Source of the DNA: Candidatus Bathyarchaeia archaeon
GTDB lineage: Archaea > Thermoproteota > CALKCG01 > B24
Assembly: GCA_038870975.1 (NCBI GenBank)
Contig: JAVZJD010000001.1
Coordinates: 704,001-768,000 of the forward strand
Direction of reading: 5' to 3'
DNA: 64,000 bases
The notes under the pieces: generated by a model
Told to the model about the DNA's origin: nothing
Database searches by the model: none
The model's input: only the letters and a program-made list of their open reading frames with translations
Translations under genes and position numbers: made by a program
Part shown: piece after piece, positions 40,502 to 51,017 of the stretch
Layout of the letters: each line of letters opens with the position of its first letter
How positions within the stretch are numbered: the first letter of the stretch is position 1

Positions 40502-41209
40502 AACTTTCAAAACAGCCTCTTTAATCTTTCCTGCAAACCCTGTCTCCATAAGCTTGTCAACATTCCCTATATACTCTTCAAGATCGTCGTAGCGGGGTAT
40601 TTCCACTAAAACTTTAAAACCCATCCCTTCAACCGATGAACGTATTGACTTATATGACATGTTTACAATTACGCCTAAAATCCTCCTCTTCATATAGGTT
40701 CCAGCAAGCCTCCTTAAAGCCTCTAAACTTAAAAGGTTTGGAGTAGTCACGGCTATGAACTCAGCCCTAGGTAGGTAACTAGCGATATTCAAGATGACAT
40801 CTCCGAAACCCGGCGGTGTGTCTACAACAAGTGCCTTTAATCTACCCCATTTCGTGATCATTAAAAGCTCTCTAAACACGCTATCGACCTCTATTCCCCT
40901 AAGTGGTAACGCCTCTCCGCGTGAGTAGAAAGCCACGCTCATAAACTCTACACCGTGAACTTTTACCGGATGGATCCCCATATCTTCTACAGGCTTCTCC
41001 TTTAGAACATCTACTCCTAATATGAGGTGGCATGATGAATTCGTGAAATCCATATCTAATAATCCAGATGGAAAACCGATTTTAGTCATGGTTAAAGCCA
41101 TGGTCGACGCTATGAGTGTCTTACCAACACCTCCCTTCCCACTCACTATGGCTATTATTCTCTCGATATCTTCAAGCCTTTTTATTATTGCCGAATTCTT
41201 TAGATTCAT
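40493..41209 (-). CDS. Mrp/NBP35-family P-loop ATPase (likely ATPase-type HypB)
   Basis: SGKGGVGKT, DTPPG; overlaps hypA as in Thermococcales. Confidence 0.82.
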   Translation of the reverse strand: MNLKNSAIIKRLEDIERIIAIVSGKGGVGKTLIASTMALTMTKIGFPSGLLDMDFTNSSCHLILGVDVLKEKPVEDMGIHPVKVHGVEFMSVAFYSRGEALPLRGIEVDSVFRELLMITKWGRLKALVVDTPPGFGDVILNIASYLPRAEFIAVTTPNLLSLEALRRLAGTYMKRRILGVIVNMSYKSIRSSVEGMGFKVLVEIPRYDDLEEYIGNVDKLMETGFAGKIKEAVLKVLD

Positions 41210-41607
41210 GATCGTAGCTCCATTGATGCGATATAAATTCCCCTCCCGCTGACTATCTCTAAGTCTTGAGAGCTACAGTTTGGGCACTTCACATACACAT
41301 GAATAACCTCTGGAATAAAATGAATAGCTTCTTTCACATCATCAGATAAATCTAAATCTCTAAGTCTCCAAGTTTTCGAACACGACCTACATCTAAGAAG
41401 AGCCTCCTCCTCATCTAATCTAAGTTCTCCAACTTCAATACCCCTGCTCTTAAAAAGTTCGGTTAATGCGAATCTTAAAATCTCTCTATCAGCAGACTGA
41501 AGTTTTCCAATGACAACGTTTAAAGAAACTATCTTCCTGGTCTTTCTCTCGGAAAGAAAACTGTATACTGTTTCCACTATAGCCTCAGCTAAAGCCCACT
41601 CATGCAT
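41206..41607 (-). CDS. hypA: Nickel metallochaperone HypA
   Basis: MHEWALA, CRSC, CPNC, GRG. Confidence 0.95.
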   Translation of the reverse strand: MHEWALAEAIVETVYSFLSERKTRKIVSLNVVIGKLQSADREILRFALTELFKSRGIEVGELRLDEEEALLRCRSCSKTWRLRDLDLSDDVKEAIHFIPEVIHVYVKCPNCSSQDLEIVSGRGIYIASMELRS

Positions 41608-41666
41608 ACTATCCTTAAACTTATTAAAACCTGAAGCTTATAACAGTATAGCTATAATTGCCCTAT

Positions 41667-41852
41667 CTAATGTATAGACGCCGAATACTGTCTCTCTCCA
41701 ACTTGAAATTCATATCCACATTTTGGACATTTTACATAACCGCATTCTCCTAAAACACTATATCGGCATCCTGAACATGCAGTCACCCGTGCGTACGATA
41801 GACTAAATCTATAGCCACATTGTGGACATTTGAAAACTCTAGCCATAGGCAC
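41667..41852 (-). CDS. Small Cys-rich zinc-ribbon protein
   Basis: CPQCG, CSGC, C.YVKCPKCG. Confidence 0.7.
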   Translation of the reverse strand: MPMARVFKCPQCGYRFSLSYARVTACSGCRYSVLGECGYVKCPKCGYEFQVGERQYSASIH

Positions 41853-42046
41853 TATCCCAATATGAATCCTAAAGGGATAAGTTAAACTTTACTTATCTAA
41901 ATTTGCCTTAACTTACTGATAATCGCGTGAAAGCTTTTGTACAAATAATTGCTATAATGTACATATTCATTCAGCAATATTTAAAACGTCTTCATTAGTA
42001 TAGATTTCCCTAGCTTGTCTTCCAAGCCCCGTGGAGGAATTCGACG

Positions 42047-42985
42047 ATGACCAACGACATCAAAATACTCGTAATAGATCCTTTAGACGATGAATTTTTC
42101 AATATTCTAAACGATAAGGCTGTAATAATCAAAGCATACAACTGTCATCAAAATCTAATAGAACTCGTAAGGGATGTCTCTGTCATAGTTACACGTAGTA
42201 GCCATAAGATAGATAAAGCAGTAATCGACAACGCTAAAAACCTTAAGATAATAGCCAGAGCCGGCGTCGGATTGGACAACATAGATGTAGATTACGCAAT
42301 TAGACAAGGTATAACAGTCATATCTACACCTGATGCTTCTACCAGAGCTGTAGCTGAACTTACTATGGGCTTTATAATAGCATTGGCGAGGCGGATGACC
42401 GCATTTAACAGATTTATGCAGGATGGAGAATGGTGTAAAAACTCTACATTTGGAGTTGAACTTGCAGGTAAAACCTTAGGAATAATTGGGCTCGGAAGAA
42501 TAGGTAGTCAAGTAGCTAAGCTTGCCAGAGCGTTTAGAATGCGCGTAATAGCGTATGACCCATATATTTCTCCAGTGAAAGCCAAGAAACTTAAAGTCGA
42601 ACTTAAGAAAAACTTGGACGATCTTCTCGTGGAGTCTGATTTTGTTTCTATTCATGCTTCTTTGACTTCTGAGACTAGGGGTTTGATTGGTGAGCGTGAG
42701 CTTAGGCTTATGAAGCCTACTGCCTTCCTCGTGAATACTGCTAGAGGTGCTATTGTAGATGAGAATGCCTTGGTGAAGGCTTTAAGGGAGAATTGGATTG
42801 CAGGTGCAGCATTAGACGTATACTCTGAGGAGCCACTACCGAGGGAACACCCACTAAGAAAAATGGAAAACACAATACTAACACCACACATAGGTGGTTC
42901 AACAGTAGAGGCGCAGAAGAAAATAGCTAGGATTCTTGCCATGAAAATAGTAAAGACTTTAGAAAAATTGGGGAAAACGGGTTGA
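42047..42985 (+). CDS. D-2-hydroxyacid dehydrogenase (SerA-like phosphoglycerate dehydrogenase, no ACT domain)
   Basis: RAGVGLDNID, GLGRIG, NTARG, TPHIGGST.EAQ. Confidence 0.85.
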   Translation: MTNDIKILVIDPLDDEFFNILNDKAVIIKAYNCHQNLIELVRDVSVIVTRSSHKIDKAVIDNAKNLKIIARAGVGLDNIDVDYAIRQGITVISTPDASTRAVAELTMGFIIALARRMTAFNRFMQDGEWCKNSTFGVELAGKTLGIIGLGRIGSQVAKLARAFRMRVIAYDPYISPVKAKKLKVELKKNLDDLLVESDFVSIHASLTSETRGLIGERELRLMKPTAFLVNTARGAIVDENALVKALRENWIAGAALDVYSEEPLPREHPLRKMENTILTPHIGGSTVEAQKKIARILAMKIVKTLEKLGKTG

Positions 42986-42998
42986 AAAAATAGGTTAT

Positions 42999-44408
42999 CT
43001 AGTTTCCTCCAATTGCTCTATCTAATTCCCCATTAATCCATGGATACAGTGCTTTAAGTTCTCTTAAAGCCTCTACGACTTTCTCTCTTGGATAATAGTA
43101 TGGGCTAAGTTTACCCCTTAGATAGTCGTCGAAGGCTTTCAGGTCCAAAAGGCCATGACCGCACAATAGGAACAGTATGGTTTTCTCCTCACCAGTTTCT
43201 CTGCATTTCAATGCTTCATCTACTACCGCTCTAATAGCATGACTAGGCTCAGGTGCTGGTATGATTCCTTCAGACCTTGTAAACATAGTAGCTGCTTCGA
43301 ATACTTTCACTTGGTCGTAGGCTTTGGTTTTCACTAAGCCATTTTTTGCTAATAAGCATAATGTGGGGGCTTTACCGTGGTATCTTAATCCTCCTGCGTG
43401 TATTGGTGGAGGTATAAAACTATGACCCAATGTGTACATTTTTATTAGAGGTGTAAGTCTTGCCGTATCTCCGTGATCGTATGTATAGTATCCTTGAGTT
43501 ATAGAAGGACATGCCGTAGGTTCAACTGCTATGTACTCCGTATCTTTTGGAGCTTTCCCTGAAACCTTATCGTAGTAAAACGGCCATAGTAGCCCTGAAA
43601 AGCTACTTCCACCGCCTATACATCCTATTATAACATCTGGATAGTCGTCGATTAGTTCAAGTTGTTTCTTTGCCTCTAAGCCTATTACCGTTTGATGTAT
43701 TAAAACATGTGTTAGAACGCTTCCAAGAGTATACTTGGTTCTTGGGTTTTTCACAGCATCCTCTATAGCCTCACTTATAGCTATACCTAAACTACCTGGA
43801 TTATCCGGGTTCTCCTCAAGTAGCTTCCTACCGAATTCTGTTCGACTGCTTGGGCTCGGTAAAACCTCAGCACCCCACACCTCCATCAAAATTCTCCTAT
43901 ACGGTTTCTGATCGTAGCTAACTCTAACCATGTATACAGTCGACTTCATTCCAAACGTCATACATGCGAATGCTAAAGCCGAACCCCATTGTCCAGCTCC
44001 AGTTTCCGTTGTAAGTCTCTCAATGCCCTCCTTGAGGTTGTAGTATGCCTGAGCTACAGCCGTATTGGGTTTATGGCTTCCCGGGGGACTTACACCCTCG
44101 TATTTAAAATAGATTTTAGCAGGCGTTTTAAGCAGTTTTTCAAGCCTATAGGCTCTATATAGCGGCGTCGGCCTCCAGAGCCTATAAACGTCTCTAACTT
44201 CTTCAGGTATCGGTATCCAACGGTCTTGGGATATCTCCTGCCTTATAAGTTCCTTAGCAAATATCACTTCAAGCTCTTCAGGTTTAACTGGTTCTCTAGT
44301 CGCCGGATTTATAGGCGGAGGCAGTGGCTCAGGTAGATCTGGTAGTATGTTATACCATTCTCTGGGTATATCTTCTTCGTTTAAATAGACCTTATACTCT
44401 TGATTCAT
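42999..44408 (-). CDS. trpB2: TrpB2-type tryptophan synthase beta (stand-alone copy)
   Basis: [35 protein letters not shown]; ATG 44408 preferred over 44471. Confidence 0.93.
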   Translation of the reverse strand: MNQEYKVYLNEEDIPREWYNILPDLPEPLPPPINPATREPVKPEELEVIFAKELIRQEISQDRWIPIPEEVRDVYRLWRPTPLYRAYRLEKLLKTPAKIYFKYEGVSPPGSHKPNTAVAQAYYNLKEGIERLTTETGAGQWGSALAFACMTFGMKSTVYMVRVSYDQKPYRRILMEVWGAEVLPSPSSRTEFGRKLLEENPDNPGSLGIAISEAIEDAVKNPRTKYTLGSVLTHVLIHQTVIGLEAKKQLELIDDYPDVIIGCIGGGSSFSGLLWPFYYDKVSGKAPKDTEYIAVEPTACPSITQGYYTYDHGDTARLTPLIKMYTLGHSFIPPPIHAGGLRYHGKAPTLCLLAKNGLVKTKAYDQVKVFEAATMFTRSEGIIPAPEPSHAIRAVVDEALKCRETGEEKTILFLLCGHGLLDLKAFDDYLRGKLSPYYYPREKVVEALRELKALYPWINGELDRAIGGN

Positions 44409-44467
44409 GAGAGAAATGAAGCTTAAAAGGTTTCTTTTAAACTTTGTTGAACAAAAATGTACATTAA

Positions 44468-45703
44468 TCATCGTTTAAGGCTAAGTCTCCTAGAAAGCGC
44501 TAAAATACCTGAGGATACTAATCCAAGCGCTCCCATGAATAATAGTGCTGGTGTGAAAGAAGCGAAATAATCTAAAAGAAAACCCATAATACTCGTCCAT
44601 ATGGAGGCAAATATGAAGTTCGTAGTAAAGTAGACACCTACTGCTAGGTCTTTTGCATATCCTTTAGTTATACTCAACAAGTACGACTGTGTAAGTGTGG
44701 CTATAGAAAAGCTCATGAAAAATAGAATGAAAAGGTGGATTCCTATTGTAAAGTCTGGGCTCTTGTAGATTGTTAAGAAACACGTTAAGATGGCTGAAGT
44801 AGATGTCGATATAACAGCCCCCTTAAGATAACCAATTTTAGCTGAATATTTCCCGAGTAGTACTGGGCCAATCACACCCCCCAATAGTCCCATCGTATAG
44901 ATAATCCCCCTTTCATATACATCTGCGCCAACACCATTTGCTAGGAAAATAGGTATATACGTCGTCATAATCGTTAAATCTGTTCCCCCAGAGTTTATGG
45001 CTAAAGCAACTAGTACAAGGATTATAGACTTTTCGTTAAGCAATGTTCTTACATCTGATTTTATAGACGATTTTACACCGCTACTAACAACAGGCTTTCT
45101 TCCTCTCAAACACAGCAGTAGTAGAATCCCTATCGCAAGCGGTGGAAGAGAGAAAATAAGAAAAGTCCCCCTCCATCCTAGGTACTGGGAAAGTAGAGTC
45201 GCTACGACAGGTCCGACTATATTGCCTATGTAGGCAAATCCGAAGAAGAATCCTATAGCTCTTCCAAGAGTCTTCTCGTCATATTCCTCGGCCAGTATTG
45301 CGGCACCCATTGGATGTTGCGGTGCAACTCCAATTGAGAAAATATTTCTAGCTATGAGAAAGTCTATAAAACCCTTGGCTAGACTGGTTAAAGCACCACC
45401 TAAAAATATGAGGAAATCGCCTATCCCCAGTAGAATATGTCTCGCAACAGCCCTACTCGACATACTGAAAGCCACCTGCAATATACCCCCAATAAAGGAT
45501 GCCATACCTATGATAAGTCCGAAAGAGGAATAGCTCAGATTGAGATCGACTATCATTATAGGGAATAGTATGGATAAACCTACGAATAGATGTTGCATGG
45601 CATGGGATGATGTAACAATTGCTAAAACCATTTTGGAAGTTATAGCCTCTCTTCTGTATTCTTCTACTGTCAAGTAAGACCTATTGGAATTTTCCGTATA
45701 CAT
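44468..45703 (-). CDS. MFS transporter
   Basis: About 12 TM segments; HPMGAAIL...GRAIG...GNIVGP. Confidence 0.85.
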   Translation of the reverse strand: MYTENSNRSYLTVEEYRREAITSKMVLAIVTSSHAMQHLFVGLSILFPIMIVDLNLSYSSFGLIIGMASFIGGILQVAFSMSSRAVARHILLGIGDFLIFLGGALTSLAKGFIDFLIARNIFSIGVAPQHPMGAAILAEEYDEKTLGRAIGFFFGFAYIGNIVGPVVATLLSQYLGWRGTFLIFSLPPLAIGILLLLCLRGRKPVVSSGVKSSIKSDVRTLLNEKSIILVLVALAINSGGTDLTIMTTYIPIFLANGVGADVYERGIIYTMGLLGGVIGPVLLGKYSAKIGYLKGAVISTSTSAILTCFLTIYKSPDFTIGIHLFILFFMSFSIATLTQSYLLSITKGYAKDLAVGVYFTTNFIFASIWTSIMGFLLDYFASFTPALLFMGALGLVSSGILALSRRLSLKR

Positions 45704-45917
45704 ATATTAACTTTACTAGACTGAACTGCCTTCAATCCATTTGTTTTCACAGGTAACATCAATAATATTGATGCTACGCTTCGCTGTAGATTATTATCTT
45801 ATTTACCCGGAATTTTTAAAAAGATGTCTAATGTTCCTAATACTATTTAATGGTCATTCAACTCCTGAGTTTCCTTAGTGCCATGGGATTAGCTATGCTA
45901 TATCTATAAAATTTTCC

Positions 45918-45960
45918 TTATCTAAATTTTAGACAAATTTTCTTGTCTAAAACTTTAAAA
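45918..45960 (+). promoter_or_regulatory. Palindromic operator abutting TATA box of ORF 45981
   Basis: ttatctaaa-ttttagacaa-attttc-ttgtctaaaa-ctttaaaa; 25 bp identical to 56684-56708. Confidence 0.7.
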
Positions 45961-45980
45961 ATATTGAGGAAAAGAATTAT

Positions 45981-46526
45981 TTGAACATGATTGAAAAATG
46001 GAGAAAACATGATATTTATTATGGCTATGAGTATTACTACAAGTTAAATGACCTTATTAAATCTGGTAAATGTAACCACGATGTAAGAAGCACTCCAGAG
46101 TATAAATTGCTATCAACTATAAACCCTCATCTCGCTGAGGCTCTGGCTATTGAAAATGAAATTATTAATTTAAGGAATTCGCTTAAGAATAATCGTTCAG
46201 AGAAAGGGAAAAACAACTATCTAAAAAATTTAAAGCTTCAAAATCAGATAAGAAAACTTGAGCTTAAGAGAGATCTTGAATTGAATAAAGCTAAAACAAG
46301 ATTAGGTTATATAGATACAATGAATGCTTGGAAAAGAAGGAGAGCTAAGGAAAAAATCGCAAAAATTAGAAAAATACCAGGCAAAGTTAAAACCAAGATC
46401 AATGATTTCATAACAAGTCTTATAGCCAAAGGGATTGAAAAAACTACTATTCCTTATAAAATAGAGGAAATTGTTAAAAACGGAATGAATCAGACGCTAA
46501 AAGATCTGGTGGAGGAAAAAAGTTAA
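45981..46526 (+). CDS. Hypothetical basic, AT-rich protein
   Basis: 181-aa K/N-rich ORF preceded by TATA-like and GAGG sequences. Confidence 0.6.
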   Translation: MNMIEKWRKHDIYYGYEYYYKLNDLIKSGKCNHDVRSTPEYKLLSTINPHLAEALAIENEIINLRNSLKNNRSEKGKNNYLKNLKLQNQIRKLELKRDLELNKAKTRLGYIDTMNAWKRRRAKEKIAKIRKIPGKVKTKINDFITSLIAKGIEKTTIPYKIEEIVKNGMNQTLKDLVEEKS

Positions 46527-46574
46527 TTTTAAACCCCTCAGCGCTCCATCTTACGTAGGAAGCATATTATCTAG

Positions 46575-47819
46575 TTAATCTTCATTAACTACTGTTATGT
46601 GAGTTGCACAGGATATACAGGGGTCGAATGCCCTTATAGCGGTTTTAAGATTTTCCACAGCCTCTTTTACTGGTAGACCTTTTTCAAGAGCCCTTTCAAC
46701 GATATTTCTAGAAAACGCCTTAAGAAAGGGTAGATTTAACTCCGTTGGAGTTATTATTTTAATGCTCTTTACTACTTCTTCTTCAACTTCACACTCGTAA
46801 ATCAATGTACCCCTAGGAGCTTCAACGAAACATCTTCCGAAGCCGCTCTTCTTCTGTGGAGTTTTCCTGTACAATCCTTCTAAGTCCTTTAAAGTTCTCA
46901 ATAAATTCATAGAATACGATAGAGCATTTATAATCTCTAAAATCCTAAGCATGTAAAGATTAAGTAGATTATAAATTGGGAGACCCTCTTCTAGACTATA
47001 ATGTAAGCTAATGAGAGTTTGTCGAGCCAAAGGCCCTGTAAGAATGTCTCTAGTTAACAGGTCTTTAAGTTCTTCCAGAACTTCTAACTCTCTCCAGCTT
47101 GTGCCCTCGTATACCTTAAGCGTACCGTTTATCGGATCCATATCTCTACCGAAGCTTGTAATAAGAGCAGGTGTTCTCTCCAAATTAAACATCTCATAGT
47201 ATTTAGACTTACTAAGATTCTTGGAAATGTTCAGAGCCCAGTTCATGTCTTCCAAGACCTTTTTAACCTCTCTCTCAAGATCGTTTATTGAAGACCCTAC
47301 GATCGGCATATTTAGAAGACCTCCTACTGTCGATATCCCAGGTGATATGGGTCCTCCCGCTATTGATGATAGTAGTCGATCGGCAAACCTTATAACGTTT
47401 AAACCACTACGGAGTAGTCTATAATCCAATAGCTTTTCATCCATTCCAAGAAGTCTAGTGGCATCTTGAAGTCCCATTAAAAAAAGATTATAGGAATGAC
47501 TTCTAATATGTTCTAAGCTCAGAATCAGCCGTCTAACACTTGATGCTAATGGAGGTGCTTCTACATTCAAAGCCTTCTCTAATGCTATAGAGGCGGCTAT
47601 TTGGTGAGAAAACGGGCAGACGCCACATACTTTTGTCACTAACGATGGAATAATGTGGGCTCTTTTTCCGCGTAGAAGGGTTTCAAACTTCCTTAAAACC
47701 GGAAGATTAAGCTCCAATTCTTGAACCTTCCGTTTATGTATTTTAACGATGACTTCTGAAGCGCCTTCAACTCTCGTAAGCGGATGTACTTGTTTAAAAG
47801 ACATACTCCCTCTTCCCAT
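46575..47819 (-). CDS. Group 3 [NiFe]-hydrogenase large subunit (start probably 47804)
   Basis: TRVEG, L1 KVCGVC, EAPRG, L2 DPCISCATH plus 7-aa C-terminal tail. Confidence 0.92.
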   Translation of the reverse strand: MGRGSMSFKQVHPLTRVEGASEVIVKIHKRKVQELELNLPVLRKFETLLRGKRAHIIPSLVTKVCGVCPFSHQIAASIALEKALNVEAPPLASSVRRLILSLEHIRSHSYNLFLMGLQDATRLLGMDEKLLDYRLLRSGLNVIRFADRLLSSIAGGPISPGISTVGGLLNMPIVGSSINDLEREVKKVLEDMNWALNISKNLSKSKYYEMFNLERTPALITSFGRDMDPINGTLKVYEGTSWRELEVLEELKDLLTRDILTGPLARQTLISLHYSLEEGLPIYNLLNLYMLRILEIINALSYSMNLLRTLKDLEGLYRKTPQKKSGFGRCFVEAPRGTLIYECEVEEEVVKSIKIITPTELNLPFLKAFSRNIVERALEKGLPVKEAVENLKTAIRAFDPCISCATHITVVNED

Positions 47820-48537
47820 ATAGGTTTAGGATATCTATAACATCATACTTCAACTCCTTAGGAATGGTAAGTAAAGCTAAGAAATCAATTAGAGATGTTA
47901 ACGAATTATCCTTAAGTGTACCCATACATCCATAGCAACTCCCACCTTGAACAATACATTTTGCCTCACATCCAGCTCTAGTTATAGGTCCAAGGCATAG
48001 AATCCCCTCCTCTAATAGGCACTGCTCGGTTTTCCGCTTTGGAAAAATTTCTCTAATGATTATTGGATATTTTGCCCTACAAGGATGGAATGGGCACTCT
48101 GAGCATACGTTAACTGTCTTATGTTTGAATTCTCTACCACCGATTAAGGCGTAAAGTAGCATCGACATCAGGTTTTCAGGAGGGGGGCAACCTGGGAGCT
48201 CCAGGTCCACTTTTATTATACTATGTATGGGTTTAAGCTCTAGCTCTTTAACATTGCTCGAGATACCTCCAAAGCATGCACAAGACCCTATGGAAATTAC
48301 TCTTCTAGCCTTTGCACGTACTTTTTTAAGCAATTTTTCATCTTCTTTCAAAGCTGAGCCCTCTATAAGTAGCACATCACAATCATCTACATCTCCCCCA
48401 TCCTTTATCATTGGGAAAAAAGCCACGTAACCCTTATTCCATAGTTCTCTAAAGACACTTGAATCTATTACTGATGTTAAACAGCCGCTGCATCCAATAA
48501 ATTGGAGGAAACCTATTTTAGAGGCTTTTAGCCCCAT
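47794..48537 (-). CDS. Group 3 [NiFe]-hydrogenase small subunit (MvhG/HyhS-like)
   Basis: GCSGC, GSCACFGG, PGCPP, CSEC...CLGPITRAGC.A.C......CYGC. Confidence 0.92.
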   Translation of the reverse strand: MGLKASKIGFLQFIGCSGCLTSVIDSSVFRELWNKGYVAFFPMIKDGGDVDDCDVLLIEGSALKEDEKLLKKVRAKARRVISIGSCACFGGISSNVKELELKPIHSIIKVDLELPGCPPPENLMSMLLYALIGGREFKHKTVNVCSECPFHPCRAKYPIIIREIFPKRKTEQCLLEEGILCLGPITRAGCEAKCIVQGGSCYGCMGTLKDNSLTSLIDFLALLTIPKELKYDVIDILNLYGKREYVF

Positions 48538-48539
48538 TG

Positions 48540-51017
48540 CTAAGAACCTCCTAGGTTGCGCATAAAATCGTCCAAAGCTTTTGCGAAAACCCTCCCCTCA
48601 ACGGCAGACAACTGAAGGATTTTAACTTTATTTTTAAACATATTTTCAAATAACTGGATGTTTTCTATTCTTTTCTCAGCAAGTTCAGCTCCTAAACCAT
48701 AGCGGCATGACTCTTTCCTACATCCAACTACTAATACGCCATCGAACCCCTTCTCTAAAGCGTGGGCTATAAGCTCTGAATCTATTAGTCCAGCACACGT
48801 AACTTTCAATGTAAACGCTTTAGCGGTATATTCCAGACTTTTAACACCAGCATCTATGAATGCAGGATAGCCGCAGTTAGCACAGGCTAGCACTAAAACC
48901 TTCGGTTTAAAGTATGCCTTTGAAAATTCATCCATAAATGCTAATAACTCCTCTTCATTAATTGAGGATAAGCGTAGCGCATCTGTAGGACATACCGCCG
49001 TACAAAGACCACAAGCCTTGCACTTGAACTGATCTACGGTCATTTTGTCCGCAGAAAATTTTATTGCGTTAAATGGACACACTGTAGCACAAAGACCGCA
49101 GGTTCCACAGCTTTTTTCGTCTAATAAAATCCCCTCTTCCTCCACTGTAACTTCACCTTTCGTGAGAAGGGAAGCCACTTTTAATGCTGTAGATTGAGCA
49201 TCGTAGACAAGTTCTCTGTACGTTTTAGGACCAGTTATGGAACCGCATGCGAAAATACCAAAGGGTAACGTATCAGGGTTTAAAAACCCCCTATCTGTTG
49301 TAGAGATATCTAAAAGTTTTTTAAGCTCCATTATACGCTTTCTGGGGTCTTCTCCCAAGTTTAAGATGACTAAATCGCAGTCCCATTCAAATTCATCCCC
49401 TAAAACCTTAGGGCCTTCCTCAATACGTAAGTTCTTAACAATATGAATGGGTAGGTCTTTCAAATTACCCAAAGGCGCATTTGCAGGAATCCTATCCTCT
49501 TCAAAAATTATTCTTATATCCATACTAGAGTCCATCTTCTTCAAAGTTTCAAAATACTTGCGAGCAAGAATGCAACAGTATTTTGAGCAACCTACTTCAT
49601 TTATACATTGAATGATAGCTACCTTTTTGGGATGGGATTTACCAAATCTTAGTAAAACTTCTTCGATTGGAGCTTCTGGGGTGAGTAAGCTCTCTAATTC
49701 GACGTTCGTTATGACGCCAGTAGTCAATCTATGTTTAAACTTTTTCAATAGTTCGCCATTGTAGTTATCGCAACCCGTTGCGATAACTATGGCTCCCACT
49801 CTGTATATATTCTCCATGCCTTTTGAATCGAAATTTATAGCTCTTGATGGACAGTTCTCTTCGCATTTGCGACATGAAAAGCAACGTTGGTTGTCATTTT
49901 TATCCACGATTGCTGCTTTAGGATAAACCGTCGATAATGGGAGGAAGATCTGTTTTCTGACAGTAAAGCCTAGATAACGTTCGTCTGGCTTTTCTACGGG
50001 GCAAACTTCAATACAGCGGCCACAGAGAGAACACCGTTCAGCATCCACATACGTAGGATTAGTCTTAACTATAAGTTGGAAATCCCCAATCTTCCCAGAA
50101 ATTTGGATAACTTCGGAGTTTGTGAGTATTTTAAGATTTTTAAACTCCAGAACGCTTGAGATTATTTCAGACATCATACAGCTAGCACAGTCACTTTCGC
50201 CATACACACTACTCCAATTCATTACCCTACCGCCTAATGTATGCTCCCTCTCTATCAAGTATGTTTCAAACCCCATTAAAGTCATGTATCTGGCAACAAT
50301 TAAACCGCTTATTCCTCCTCCTATAATCGCTACAGACTTAGGAATACGGACAGTCCTCTTGAAGGGCTTAGGTTTAAAATTTATCGCTCGAACAGCTCCA
50401 TTAATTGTACACATAATCTTCTCGAAAGCTTCCTTTGGAGAACTTCGGTTAACCCTTATGCATCCTTCAAGGATATTTACAGCTTCGTAAGGAATATCTA
50501 TGGTTGAAAGAAGTTCACGTAATCCATTATGAATCTCCGGAGAGCAACCTACTATAACAATTCCATCTAAAAGGTTTCTCTCTATCCACTTTTTTATCCT
50601 CTGAAAATTCCCAGGGCTACATACGTTTTTAAATACGTCAACGGCTACAATATTTTCCATTTCAGATAGCTTTGATGATAACTCTTCTAAATTTATAACC
50701 TTAGAAACTTCACCATGACATTCACAAAATATTATACCAATTCTAGAAACACGTATAGGCTCAGCAACACCAGTACGCCTAACTCCCAACCCCTCTTTAA
50801 GTCTTAAGAAATTGTAAAGTTCGTAACCTTCTTCATTTAAAGAATAAAGTTTTCCCCTCTTCTCTATAAAGGGTGAAATCTTACTCAAATGATAATTAAA
50901 TTTACCAGTTTCTTTAACCCCCACCTTTTCCATAAGCTCAGAATAGGTTAGGGGACCCAGTTCTCCTAAAACCCTGATTATGCTTTCTCTTATAGGATGG
51001 GTTAAAACATCGAACAT
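48540..51017 (-). CDS. Winged-HTH + HdrA-like flavoprotein + MvhD fusion
   Basis: aa 1-73 wHTH (LTHPIRESIIRVL..YSELME..GKFNYHL..YSL); HdrA motifs (FCEC, GCSP, IGGGISG, DCASC, IQC..CSKYCC, GPK, four ferredoxin motifs); MvhD motifs (CANCGY, CAG, DGVLVVGC...C.Y). Confidence 0.88.
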   Translation of the reverse strand: MFDVLTHPIRESIIRVLGELGPLTYSELMEKVGVKETGKFNYHLSKISPFIEKRGKLYSLNEEGYELYNFLRLKEGLGVRRTGVAEPIRVSRIGIIFCECHGEVSKVINLEELSSKLSEMENIVAVDVFKNVCSPGNFQRIKKWIERNLLDGIVIVGCSPEIHNGLRELLSTIDIPYEAVNILEGCIRVNRSSPKEAFEKIMCTINGAVRAINFKPKPFKRTVRIPKSVAIIGGGISGLIVARYMTLMGFETYLIEREHTLGGRVMNWSSVYGESDCASCMMSEIISSVLEFKNLKILTNSEVIQISGKIGDFQLIVKTNPTYVDAERCSLCGRCIEVCPVEKPDERYLGFTVRKQIFLPLSTVYPKAAIVDKNDNQRCFSCRKCEENCPSRAINFDSKGMENIYRVGAIVIATGCDNYNGELLKKFKHRLTTGVITNVELESLLTPEAPIEEVLLRFGKSHPKKVAIIQCINEVGCSKYCCILARKYFETLKKMDSSMDIRIIFEEDRIPANAPLGNLKDLPIHIVKNLRIEEGPKVLGDEFEWDCDLVILNLGEDPRKRIMELKKLLDISTTDRGFLNPDTLPFGIFACGSITGPKTYRELVYDAQSTALKVASLLTKGEVTVEEEGILLDEKSCGTCGLCATVCPFNAIKFSADKMTVDQFKCKACGLCTAVCPTDALRLSSINEEELLAFMDEFSKAYFKPKVLVLACANCGYPAFIDAGVKSLEYTAKAFTLKVTCAGLIDSELIAHALEKGFDGVLVVGCRKESCRYGLGAELAEKRIENIQLFENMFKNKVKILQLSAVEGRVFAKALDDFMRNLGGS

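Noticed and set aside
40493-41209. Absence of a GTPase HypB
   Set aside because: Mrp-type ATPase HypB next to hypA is already established in Thermococcales
46575-51017. Selenocysteine recoding in the hydrogenase, HdrA or MvhD
   Set aside because: All relevant positions are Cys codons in uninterrupted frames
48540-51017. Evidence for methanogenesis
   Set aside because: HdrA/MvhD and FrhB-like proteins are widespread in non-methanogens; no mcr, mtr or hdrBC in the window
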